IMG/VR virus record: IMGVR_UViG_3300020050_008479
Direction: 5' to 3' (one strand)
DNA length: 64,000 nt
Source: a virus
Lineage: Duplodnaviria; Heunggongvirae; Uroviricota; Caudoviricetes; Crassvirales
The position numbers and the translations under genes were made by a program. The notes below the pieces were generated by a model. It did not search any database. It was not told where the DNA came from and worked only from the letters and a program-made list of their open reading frames with translations. This document shows positions 54,924 to 63,831 of this stretch, piece after piece (within the stretch, counting starts at the first letter, position 1; each line of letters starts with the position of its first letter).

Positions 54924-55150
54924 TTGGAGAATTGTATACAATGAATGGAATAAGGGTTAAACTTGTTCAGGAAGAAGTTTCTTCTGGTTGTACTGGTTGT
55001 TATTTTTCAGGAGTAGATGAAGATAGCGACCAAGATGAATGTTTATTCAAGTCAGAGGATAACGTATCTTTAGAGTGCGGAAACGTAGACGGAATCTACA
55101 AAAAAATTGATTTAAAAAAAGGAGTCAAAAAAAAATTAACCTTAAATTAA
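54920..55150 (+). CDS. small CxxC protein with C-terminal KGVKKKLTLN tail (tandem paralog 2)
   Basis: 76 aa; SGCTGCYFSGVDEDS ... C; same architecture as the preceding gene. Confidence 0.5.
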   Translation: MIGELYTMNGIRVKLVQEEVSSGCTGCYFSGVDEDSDQDECLFKSEDNVSLECGNVDGIYKKIDLKKGVKKKLTLN

Positions 55151-55235
55151 AGCTTACCTTAAATGGAAGAGAATAGATATTCGAATAAGTTCAAGAAAAG
55201 AAACGAACCTATCAAAGAGAAAAAAAGTAAAAACC

Positions 55236-55550
55236 TTGAGGCTCACAAAAAGCCTAAGTACAAAAACAAATTTGAAGAAGATTAGTATGTTTGAAAAAAG
55301 AAAACAAGTACAGATGCCATTTGACGAAAGTAATTTGGAAGAATTGACTGATCCTAAGAAGTTTAAGTATGCCACAAGAATTTACTTAAAATCTTATGGA
55401 GAGTTACTTAGGTTGAATGCGGTTGGAGTAATTACTACAGAAGAGACTAATGAATTAATAGCTGCATTGCCGCTTACTGAAATTTATCAATTAGTATTAC
55501 TTCACAAGGCTAAATTATACAGACTTAAAGTTATCGAAGATGTTGATTAA
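55236..55550 (+). CDS. hypothetical protein
   Basis: 104-aa ORF. Confidence 0.4.
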   Translation: MRLTKSLSTKTNLKKISMFEKRKQVQMPFDESNLEELTDPKKFKYATRIYLKSYGELLRLNAVGVITTEETNELIAALPLTEIYQLVLLHKAKLYRLKVIEDVD

Positions 55551-55833
55551 AAAGCGAGAAGAAAAGAAATTAAGATATGAAAAAGAATGGTTCATGTCTG
55601 AAATTAATCTGAACGGAAAAACTTATTATTCAAAAGATGGATTCTCATTTAGTCATTCTAGACAAGAGAGAACTACATTGAATGACATAATAAAGAATCA
55701 AAGCGTAAATACACTTCAAGTGTTGGCTATTGAAAACAACAACGGAGACATAGCCTCTATAGGAAGCAATTGCAGTCATATAAGTTTAGACATAATAGAA
55801 AGAGTTTTAATCCTAAAAGTAAGACCTATATGA
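55540..55833 (+). CDS. hypothetical protein
   Basis: 97 aa; its stop overlaps the next ATG. Confidence 0.4.
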   Translation: MLIKKREEKKLRYEKEWFMSEINLNGKTYYSKDGFSFSHSRQERTTLNDIIKNQSVNTLQVLAIENNNGDIASIGSNCSHISLDIIERVLILKVRPI

Positions 55834-56027
55834 AGGTTATTTATATGCAAGACACCATAGATCTAATTGAAGTTAGAAATGGTAAAACAGAAGCATTGGC
55901 CCTTATTGGGCTAGGAACTGTTATTCCAGGAGTAGAAGACTCGAACGAGAAGTCTTATTTATTAATTGAAGAAAAAGAAGAAGATGGAGCAGATGATTTA
56001 CAAGAAGGACACCAAGGGAAACAATAG
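55830..56027 (+). CDS. hypothetical small acidic protein
   Basis: 65 aa from ATG 55830 (ATGA coupling with the upstream gene); overlaps the 5' end of the ligase ORF in another frame. Confidence 0.3.
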   Translation: MKVIYMQDTIDLIEVRNGKTEALALIGLGTVIPGVEDSNEKSYLLIEEKEEDGADDLQEGHQGKQ

Positions 56028-57087
56028 GTTTTTATTGGTAGAAACTTCAGGAGCTGTTTTGATTCAAACTTCAGGAATAGTCATGACTGGCAACCCAATA
56101 GTTCATAAAAAGGTTTGTAACCCTAAGAATATAGGAAAATCTAATGAAACATCAGGATCAGATCAAGCAGAACTTGAAGGAGCTAGCTTAATTAAAAAAA
56201 AGCTAACAGAAGGTTATTTTTTAACTATTGATGAGGTAGAGAAAGAAGAAGTGATTATGCCTATGCTGGCGCACGACTATTTCAAATACACCCACAAAGT
56301 TAATTGGAAGGAAAATTGGTTTGTACAGCCTAAATTCGACGGAATGAGATGCCTTGCATTTGTAAAAGCAAATGGAGAAGTCAAATTAATGTCTAGAACT
56401 GGAAAAGAAATCACCACGATGAATCACATTAAAGTAGAGTTGTCTAAACTAAAAATAGACATAATCCTTGACGGTGAACTATATGTGCATGGAGAAAATT
56501 TCCAAGAAAACATGAGATACATTAAGAAGTATGTAGCTGGATTGTCAGAAAGAATTGACTTTCACATCTACGACACAATCAACGAAGATGTATTCATGAG
56601 AAGATCCGAAGAAGTAGGGAATGTTTTAAGATCCGGAATAGAATTTAAAAGCTTGAAACTAGTGTTAACTTGTGTCTGCCTTGATTTTGAATCATTAAAC
56701 ATGTATCACCAGAACTTTCTTAAACAAGGTTACGAAGGTACAATGCTAAGAAAAAGAAATTCTCTGTATAAAGTGAATGGCAGAAGCCAAGACTTGCTTA
56801 AATACAAAGACTTTAAAGATCTAGCTCTGCCAATCCTTGATATTGTTCCAGATGACGGAGACCCTACTATGGGCTCACCAGTTTATCATTGGCCAGGTGC
56901 CAGTGGACATAAACTAGGAGAACACATTATTGGTTCCGGAATAAGAGCAAATCATCCTAAAAGAAGAGAGATGCTTAAAAACAAGCAAAATTACATTGGT
57001 AAAATTTACGAAGTAAGATTCTTTGAATATTCTGACAAAGGAGTTCCAAGATTCCCAATTACAATTGGAGAAAGGCTAGATAAGTGA
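55966..57087 (+). CDS. ATP-dependent DNA ligase
   Basis: Adenylation motif I KFDGMR (K-x-D-G-x-R) plus downstream motifs III-V (LDGEL, EGTMLRK, DLLKYK); start uncertain (55966, 55984, or 56257 MPMLAH, which would give ChV-ligase-like spacing before motif I). Confidence 0.75.
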   Translation: MKKKKKMEQMIYKKDTKGNNRFLLVETSGAVLIQTSGIVMTGNPIVHKKVCNPKNIGKSNETSGSDQAELEGASLIKKKLTEGYFLTIDEVEKEEVIMPMLAHDYFKYTHKVNWKENWFVQPKFDGMRCLAFVKANGEVKLMSRTGKEITTMNHIKVELSKLKIDIILDGELYVHGENFQENMRYIKKYVAGLSERIDFHIYDTINEDVFMRRSEEVGNVLRSGIEFKSLKLVLTCVCLDFESLNMYHQNFLKQGYEGTMLRKRNSLYKVNGRSQDLLKYKDFKDLALPILDIVPDDGDPTMGSPVYHWPGASGHKLGEHIIGSGIRANHPKRREMLKNKQNYIGKIYEVRFFEYSDKGVPRFPITIGERLDK

Positions 57088-57374
57088 TGACTTTAGAAGA
57101 AATAGTAGACAAAGCAGCATCAATGCCACAAGAAGAAGGTTACTTATTCATTGAAAACAACATAAATAAGACTCATAAATTTACCGTAAAAGGAAATGGA
57201 AGGGTTTTAATGTATGTTGGATTAGTGGATCACGAGAATACAAAAAGAATAGTAATGAAGAGAAAAAACACTGATTCTAATTTTAGAATAACCTCTCATA
57301 AATTCTTTAAAAGAATACGCAGGAAGACATGGACGCAATTCATGGTTCACAAAAGAAAAAAACTAATATTATAA
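57084..57374 (+). CDS. small basic protein with C-terminal HKRKKLIL tail
   Basis: 96 aa ending ...MVHKRKKLIL. Confidence 0.4.
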   Translation: MMTLEEIVDKAASMPQEEGYLFIENNINKTHKFTVKGNGRVLMYVGLVDHENTKRIVMKRKNTDSNFRITSHKFFKRIRRKTWTQFMVHKRKKLIL

Positions 57375-57385
57375 AAACAAACATT

Positions 57386-58336
57386 ATGTACACAGAAGCT
57401 CAATTAAACGGAATGACTAAAACTCAAATCATTGAACAAACTTTAAAATTATCAAACAAAGTTGAATCTCTTTCTTCTGGACCTGTAACTGCAGATACAA
57501 TCAAAGCTGCTTACTTAAACTTAAAGAAAGAAGGTGCAGATATTGCTGAAAGAAGACAGAATTCTCAGCAAGCACACAAAGAAGCGTTAGCTGAAATTGA
57601 AGCTAACAAAGTTAAAGCTATTGCTGAAATGCAATTGAAATTCTCTTCTACTGATGGCCAAGACGCTAAAGAATTAGAAAAATTATATTCTGATTTAGAA
57701 ACTAAATCTGTTAAAGCTATCAAAGATTTAACTTTTGGTTTAGAAAAAGCTGAAAATGACGCTGCTGTTGAATTAGCTAAATTGACTGAGAAAACTGAAA
57801 AAGCTCAAGCAAAGTATGACGACTTAGTTAAAGACTTGACTGCTAAAGAGAAAGCTTTAGTTGACGCTTACATTGCAGACACAGATGCTAAAACTGTAGC
57901 TCACAAACGTAAAATGGAGCAATTGCAATATGACAATTCTATTGCATTGAGAGATGGAAACATCGAATTCATGGAGAAATTAGCAACTTCTGTTGGAATG
58001 GAGCTTATTGACACTGAAGAATTAGAAGGACTAAAAGAGTTCAAGAAAACTGATGCTGATACAATTAGTGAAATTGTTAAAGTTGAAGTTGCTGAAGCAT
58101 CTCAAAGGATCTATGCAGCTGAAGGAGCTAAAGCATCTGCTTTGAAGTATGCTTCAGACAGTGCTATTGCTCTATTAAAGAATGACAACAATCACCAAGC
58201 AACTACAATTGCTAGTCAATTAGCTAGAATTAGTGAATTAGAAGCTAACGCTAAGTTAGTTCCTTCTCAAATTGCTGCTGCAGTACAGGCTGCTCAGTCT
58301 TCTGTAACAGTAAATCAAGACGCTGTTAAAAAATAA
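57386..58336 (+). CDS. Ala/Glu/Lys-rich coiled-coil protein
   Basis: 316 aa from ATG 57386 after an A-rich leader; long heptad-like repeats. Confidence 0.5.
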   Translation: MYTEAQLNGMTKTQIIEQTLKLSNKVESLSSGPVTADTIKAAYLNLKKEGADIAERRQNSQQAHKEALAEIEANKVKAIAEMQLKFSSTDGQDAKELEKLYSDLETKSVKAIKDLTFGLEKAENDAAVELAKLTEKTEKAQAKYDDLVKDLTAKEKALVDAYIADTDAKTVAHKRKMEQLQYDNSIALRDGNIEFMEKLATSVGMELIDTEELEGLKEFKKTDADTISEIVKVEVAEASQRIYAAEGAKASALKYASDSAIALLKNDNNHQATTIASQLARISELEANAKLVPSQIAAAVQAAQSSVTVNQDAVKK

Positions 58337-58545
58337 TGGCTAGATACTGGTCAAAGTCTAAAGGAAAAATGCCACAAAATATTACAATTCAGTTCCGGCA
58401 AGTAGTCGGAGCTGAAGTAGTATTTGGTCCATACTTTAGCAATCCTTCAGAGGATAATGGGACTTTTAAAAACATAAACTTTAAGCTTTGTGAAACGACC
58501 GGAAACTACATCAGACAAACTCCAATTCAAGACTTCGAAAAGTAA
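58336..58545 (+). CDS. hypothetical protein
   Basis: 69-aa ORF. Confidence 0.35.
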   Translation: MARYWSKSKGKMPQNITIQFRQVVGAEVVFGPYFSNPSEDNGTFKNINFKLCETTGNYIRQTPIQDFEK

Positions 58546-58897
58546 TGAAATAGATGCTTATAAACTTCTGTACGCATTAGATTGTGTAGATGAAATGCGT
58601 AAGAATAGGAGGAATATATACATTGTAATTAGAGACAAAGAAAAATTATCTAAAGTACTTCACATTCTCTACCTTTTAAATTATTGTAGTAACTATGAAT
58701 TGTGGAGTGATTACTATGTAGACGCCTGTAAGGCAAGAGATTTTTTAGTTCTTGAAATAATAACAGAAAGAAGAATTGTAAAATCTCCAGTGATTCTAGA
58801 CAAAAGTAAATATGCAGAAGCTAAAAAAAGCAATAGAGTTCTGTTTGATTTAGATTACTACAGATTGACAGGCCCAAGGTTAAAACTTAAATTATAA
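58490..58897 (+). CDS. small protein with C-terminal TGPRLKLKL tail
   Basis: 135 aa ending ...YYRLTGPRLKLKL; start uncertain because it overlaps the upstream ORF. Confidence 0.4.
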   Translation: MKRPETTSDKLQFKTSKSNEIDAYKLLYALDCVDEMRKNRRNIYIVIRDKEKLSKVLHILYLLNYCSNYELWSDYYVDACKARDFLVLEIITERRIVKSPVILDKSKYAEAKKSNRVLFDLDYYRLTGPRLKLKL

Positions 58898-59078
58898 TAG
58901 ATAGAGTGCAGCGATGGTAGCTTTACTTAAATGACTAATCTCTCCAGATCGGAGATTAAAAAAAAGCGTCTTGATATTACAGAATACTTATTGGTAGAAA
59001 GATAATTGTATGGAAAGACAAACAATAAAGGTGATAGTCCTTACTTTCGAGTGCCTACACAATCCATATAAGAATGAG

Positions 59079-59174
59079 TGTTGCGTGGCGGAGTGGTTAA
59101 ACGCTGATGAATCTTAATGGTAATACCTAAATGGTGACAAAGTACCTACGCAGGTTCGAATCCTGTCGCAACAT
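59079..59174 (+). tRNA. tRNA-like gene with long variable region (96 nt); isotype undetermined
   Basis: Perfect acceptor TGTTGCG/CGCAACA; D-loop AGTGGTTAAA; T-arm GCAGG-TTCGAAT-CCTGT; anticodon arm not resolved (contains a CTTAATGG motif). Confidence 0.45.
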
Positions 59175-59188
59175 CTAAAACTAAACAA

Positions 59189-59539
59189 ATGGCAAAAACA
59201 AAATTACAAGAATTTGTTCTTTCATTTAAGAAAGAACGCAGAGACAATAGTGAAATACTAGTTGTAATCAATACAATGGACGAAGCTAGACAAGTTATAG
59301 AGATGATGAATAAGATAGGAATGTGTTGCAATTACAATGCATGGGTTGACCCAAAAAGCTCTAGCGGACTTAATGGATTTAAAAACAATAAATCAACACA
59401 TCTATTGATAGACATTCATGACAAGTCTATAACTTATAGTGGAAATAAACAGATTGCAGAATTAACAGGAGAGAAATTAGCATACATCAATGCAAGAGAT
59501 TATACTGTAAAAAGAGAAAGAAAAAAACTTATATTGTAA
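59189..59539 (+). CDS. small protein with C-terminal RERKKLIL tail
   Basis: 116 aa ending ...YTVKRERKKLIL. Confidence 0.45.
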   Translation: MAKTKLQEFVLSFKKERRDNSEILVVINTMDEARQVIEMMNKIGMCCNYNAWVDPKSSSGLNGFKNNKSTHLLIDIHDKSITYSGNKQIAELTGEKLAYINARDYTVKRERKKLIL

Positions 59540-59853
59540 TGGTAGACATACAGAAATTAATCAAAAAAGGGGTTGGAGAAATTTATGTAATGGTTTCTTC
59601 TAAAGAGAATGTATTTTTATTAATGAAAGGACTTGATTCTATAAATTTTTTTACTAATACTTTAGGATGGGTAGCTAGAAATGATTACGAATCAAAAAGA
59701 GGCAGTATGAAATATCTAGTTCTTAATTTAGTTTCAAAAGAAATTGCTTTCAATAGAAATAATCCAACTGAAGAATTACTAGAAAACAAACTCTTTGTTC
59801 ATGAATTAGATCAATTTATAAACGCTGGCCCAAGAATAAAACTAAAATTTTAA
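59539..59853 (+). CDS. small protein with C-terminal AGPRIKLKF tail
   Basis: 104 aa ending ...FINAGPRIKLKF. Confidence 0.45.
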   Translation: MVDIQKLIKKGVGEIYVMVSSKENVFLLMKGLDSINFFTNTLGWVARNDYESKRGSMKYLVLNLVSKEIAFNRNNPTEELLENKLFVHELDQFINAGPRIKLKF

Positions 59854-60047
59854 TGAAGATAAAACAGTTAATTGAAGCTAAGATCAAGTATCTAGAAGGA
59901 GAGTTATTAAACTTGAGAAAAAACCTAGAAAAGGTAGAAAAAGGACTAATACCAAATAGCAGTACTATAAGAGTATGTCCAGATTGTGGAACTAGAAACC
60001 TACATTATTATGTAGATACTAATAATTGGTGTTGCGCATGTTGTTAA
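59853..60047 (+). CDS. small zinc-ribbon protein
   Basis: 64 aa; CPDCGT ... CCACC. Confidence 0.4.
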   Translation: MKIKQLIEAKIKYLEGELLNLRKNLEKVEKGLIPNSSTIRVCPDCGTRNLHYYVDTNNWCCACC

Positions 60048-60361
60048 AGAAAAAAGAAGCAAAGTATTTACCACCAGAAGAAGATTGGTGGGGATATCTT
60101 CACGTAAATGGAACAATACAAGTTAAAAGCTATCATTCTACAGCTCAATTGCAAGACGCAAAAGAAAGTACGTTTGTTGAATTAATAGTATATCCATTCA
60201 AAACAAGTAGTAGAGAAGAAGCGGCAATAATAATCACTAAAAAAATAGAAGATGCAAGGTCAAGAAATAGACAACAGCAAAGCGTTAGATCGTTTAAAAC
60301 AATTAATCTTAATGGTTCCGGAGGACAAGGAGTCACTTCTAAAGGACTTAAATGCTTCTAG
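60026..60361 (+). CDS. hypothetical protein
   Basis: 111-aa ORF. Confidence 0.35.
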   Translation: MVLRMLLKKKEAKYLPPEEDWWGYLHVNGTIQVKSYHSTAQLQDAKESTFVELIVYPFKTSSREEAAIIITKKIEDARSRNRQQQSVRSFKTINLNGSGGQGVTSKGLKCF

Positions 60362-60542
60362 TTCTGCACTAGATGTAAAGCATGAAGCAATGCAGGTTCT
60401 TCAAAAACACATGTTCTTACCAAAAGAAGATTGGGAATTTGAAGTGATTTCAATTATGTCAGGAGTTCCTTCTGAAAAGTTAAAAACATTATTCAATTTA
60501 GCTAAGTTAAAAGTAGCTTTGAATGAAACAATGCAAAAATAA
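60252..60542 (+). CDS. hypothetical protein
   Basis: 96-aa ORF, last gene of the plus-strand block, followed by a terminator. Confidence 0.4.
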   Translation: MQGQEIDNSKALDRLKQLILMVPEDKESLLKDLNASSSALDVKHEAMQVLQKHMFLPKEDWEFEVISIMSGVPSEKLKTLFNLAKLKVALNETMQK

Positions 60543-60562
60543 TTAAAAAATAAAAGCAAAAC

Positions 60563-60598
60563 CCTCAACTGACGCAAAGTCTATTGAGGGTTTTTTTT
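60563..60598 (+). terminator. rho-independent terminator ending the plus-strand module
   Basis: CCCTCAA-14nt-TTGAGGG followed by a T8 run. Confidence 0.7.
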
Positions 60599-60604
60599 AT
60601 ACTT

Positions 60605-60645
60605 ACCAAAAAGGGAGCGATATCTGTATGATATTAGCTCCCTTT
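60605..60645 (-). terminator. rho-independent terminator for the convergent 1041-aa gene
   Basis: AAAGGGAGC-18nt-GCTCCCTTT; a T5 run follows on the minus strand. Confidence 0.55.
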
Positions 60646-60705
60646 TAAATTACTTACCGAATTCTACACCTTAAGTCTCAATTCTCATATTGAAAAAGAA
60701 GTGTT

Positions 60706-63700
60706 TTAGTTATTCTGCTGAAATCTCAATGCAGTCTCCAGATCTTTCTCTAAGAATGAAGCAATAAAAGGCGTTGACTTTCTTAATTTAACATAAAACT
60801 TGTTTCTTCCTTTGTTTATTCCAGACTCATAAGTCTCAGTTGGATCAGTCAATTGAGATATAACAGCTAAGTTTCTATTAACTACTCCAAGTGCGGCAGT
60901 AGGAGAAGACATTAGTTTTATTGCCTCTCTAGGATTTAAGAAATAAGTAAGTTCGCTCAATTCTTTACTTAATAAATACCTGGCCATTAGAGTTTTTTCA
61001 TCTGGCTCGTCATCGAATCCACCGGCAGCGGCATAAGCCAATAGCGTAAGAGATATCATTCCTATTTCAGCAGCCATTCTCTTCATGTTTGCCTTTTCGT
61101 GTTTATTCATCTTGCTGAAATTAGCACTAATCATTTCTAATTGAAATCCTTTTCCAGATTTAACTAACTGAGCTATAAACCTAGCGGCTGTAGTATAATA
61201 TCCTTCTTGATATTGCTTAAGATCTTCAGAATAGTATCTATCAGTCTCCTTTAAATCATCAGAAGCAACGAATGCTTTAGATACTCCACGAAGTCTTCTA
61301 GTTGCAGATGGCTCTATCCATTTTTTTAAGAAGAATAAAAGTTTTCCCCACCATTCTCTCTGAGCTGCAGCTTTTATACTTTCATCATAAACACCATATA
61401 AATCTACAGTTTTCTTTTTAACCAAACCTCTTATGTCTAACAAGATTTTATCAGAACCTCCTCCTAATGGAGAGAATGTAGTGGCTTCTACAAAAGATTT
61501 AAGTTGAAGTTTAACTCCTCCTTTGCCGTCTGGCATGAACTCAATCATTTTGTCCATTGGAGCAGCTTCTTTTTCAGTGGCAACTACTTTTCCTTCTGTA
61601 TTGATGAATTCTCCTTTCTTGTTTAAAGCTTTTATACTATTAAGAACAGCGTACATTGTTTGTCCTTGCATCATGTGTTCTCCACCGTGGTCCAAAACTC
61701 TCAAGCTATGAAGAGACATTAGTGATTTGACTTTATTTGTGTCACTGAATTTATTGTTTAGCGCTGAAGCCGAACCCATTACATTAAAGTAATTCATTAA
61801 TAAATTAGTCTTAGACGTTTCTACGTTAGATCCTACATCTGTAATTATAGATCTTGCGTCACTCCAGTAATTCACTTTAGCTTGTTTCCAGTCTCCTATA
61901 TTGTAAGTTTCGCCTCCTATAGCTTCAATTATACTAGAAACTGTACCAGATGTTGCATTAACAATTGAGTTTAAGTAATTACCAACTAACGATACATTAC
62001 TCGCGTATCCCATATAAGTAGACATTGCTTTCTGAACATTTATTCCATGAATTTCGCCGGCATTTTTCTCTTTAATACCGTAGATTCTATTCTCAGCCAT
62101 ACTAATAGCTTTCTTTACATCATTAGGCATCTCATCGATATTCTTGTTAACTTGGATTCTTTTTACTCCGGAGAATCCATGTACTTTGGCAAGTCCAGTA
62201 AGTCCGTCATAATCCGGAACCATTCTCTTGCCCATTACGTCTATGATTGTATTTATAGAAGCTTCAATTTTCTTTTTTTGCTCGTAATTTTTAGCTCCTT
62301 CTAAGTTCATAAGAAGTATTGAGTGTAAATCAAAGCTTTGTTCTTTTATGTCAAGTTTAGATCTGTAAGGAATAGGAACGTTTAATTTTTCTTTATTAGT
62401 TACATCAGCAAATACTTTTTTAAAGTTTTTATCTTGCTCATTTGCAGCTCCAATTTCGAATTCATCTTCTTTTCTTCTAAACATGTCTGTCAATCTATCC
62501 ACTACGGCGCCACCAACTTTTCCCTCGGTAAGTCTTTCCATTGAAGATTTAGTTATACCAGGAAGCATGTATACTTTGGATCCAAATACATCTGATATTA
62601 ATGAAGTTTTAGATTCATACATTGCATCAGCTTCGTTTATCATTTCTTTAAAAATGTTAAGCTGAGCTCTATTCTCTTGAGACATAGAAGCAAATTTAGG
62701 ACTAAGCCATTTATCATGTGGTTCAACTTGAATGACTTCTCCATATTGAACTTCTTGAGTATTGTTTTTAATCCATTCTCTAAGTTCATTTTTAGCTAAA
62801 GATTCTTTAATAGGCATATTGTATTTAATACCTCTAATTTCATACTCCATAAACTCTCCAACAATAATAACTTTCTTGATGTTCTTATCAAGAACTAAAG
62901 TTTTAGTTACTCCATTTAAAGTATAATCAAGTCCATTCCAAGTTACATCTTTAAAATGCTCGTTATATTGGTCCGGATCATTTGCCATCTTAGCAATTTC
63001 AAAGTATTGTTGATGAAATTCTGGCAAATACTTGCCAACTAAGCTAGATTCTCCTTTAGCATTTTGCTCTATAAAGTCTCCGTACTTCTTTTCCATACTA
63101 GACTCGTTGTGAGTTTTAGTGAATTCATCGTAGTGAGATTTTATTTCTGCAGCTTTTGATTGAATGTAACCAGAAGTTTCCATGTCTGCCGCATCAGCTA
63201 TTCTTGATATAACCTGGATCTCAGTAGAACTAATGTTTTTTTCATTCGCAAATACTCCTGAAAACATAGAAATGTCTTTGATAGATTTCTCTGCCATTCC
63301 TAAATAGAAATTAAAAGCAGCATTATCAATTGACTCTTTGTTAATTTCCATTTGCTTAATCACCCATACAGTTTTTGCTTCTTGAGGCTGAGTTCTTTCC
63401 CATAACTTACCATAATGCTCTAAATACTCTTGCTCATGCTCATTAGAGTTTTGCATAAGTATTCTAGCATAGATTTGTCTTTGAGCAGTAAGTAATTCTT
63501 TATTCACTGATTCTCTCTCTGCATTTATTGAAGCTAGTTCTGTAACGAATGTTTTCTTTCTACCATCTGAAATCTCTCCTCTATCATGAAGTGAAATAAT
63601 CATTGTTTCAATCTCGTCTAAAAGTCCAAAAGCTGAATTGTATTCTTTTAGTTCTGCAATAACTTCCGGAGTCATTTTATCACCTTTCTTTAGCTTTGCA

Positions 63701-63831
63701 ACCCTATTTCTCATCAACTTAATTTGGTACTTAGACCATTTGTTATACTTCAATAAGCCGTTTATTTGGCTTGTAGTACTATACTTTTCCAAAAGATTCT
63801 TCAACTCTTCTATTTTTTCAAAAGGAGTCAT
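60706..63831 (-). CDS. large hypothetical protein (1041 aa), possibly virion-associated
   Basis: Uninterrupted 3.1-kb ORF convergent with the replication module; N-terminal half is coiled-coil-rich; no polymerase, ATPase or hydrolase motifs recognisable by eye; minus-strand coding continues past the window end. Confidence 0.6.
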   Translation of the reverse strand: MTPFEKIEELKNLLEKYSTTSQINGLLKYNKWSKYQIKLMRNRVAKLKKGDKMTPEVIAELKEYNSAFGLLDEIETMIISLHDRGEISDGRKKTFVTELASINAERESVNKELLTAQRQIYARILMQNSNEHEQEYLEHYGKLWERTQPQEAKTVWVIKQMEINKESIDNAAFNFYLGMAEKSIKDISMFSGVFANEKNISSTEIQVISRIADAADMETSGYIQSKAAEIKSHYDEFTKTHNESSMEKKYGDFIEQNAKGESSLVGKYLPEFHQQYFEIAKMANDPDQYNEHFKDVTWNGLDYTLNGVTKTLVLDKNIKKVIIVGEFMEYEIRGIKYNMPIKESLAKNELREWIKNNTQEVQYGEVIQVEPHDKWLSPKFASMSQENRAQLNIFKEMINEADAMYESKTSLISDVFGSKVYMLPGITKSSMERLTEGKVGGAVVDRLTDMFRRKEDEFEIGAANEQDKNFKKVFADVTNKEKLNVPIPYRSKLDIKEQSFDLHSILLMNLEGAKNYEQKKKIEASINTIIDVMGKRMVPDYDGLTGLAKVHGFSGVKRIQVNKNIDEMPNDVKKAISMAENRIYGIKEKNAGEIHGINVQKAMSTYMGYASNVSLVGNYLNSIVNATSGTVSSIIEAIGGETYNIGDWKQAKVNYWSDARSIITDVGSNVETSKTNLLMNYFNVMGSASALNNKFSDTNKVKSLMSLHSLRVLDHGGEHMMQGQTMYAVLNSIKALNKKGEFINTEGKVVATEKEAAPMDKMIEFMPDGKGGVKLQLKSFVEATTFSPLGGGSDKILLDIRGLVKKKTVDLYGVYDESIKAAAQREWWGKLLFFLKKWIEPSATRRLRGVSKAFVASDDLKETDRYYSEDLKQYQEGYYTTAARFIAQLVKSGKGFQLEMISANFSKMNKHEKANMKRMAAEIGMISLTLLAYAAAGGFDDEPDEKTLMARYLLSKELSELTYFLNPREAIKLMSSPTAALGVVNRNLAVISQLTDPTETYESGINKGRNKFYVKLRKSTPFIASFLEKDLETALRFQQNN

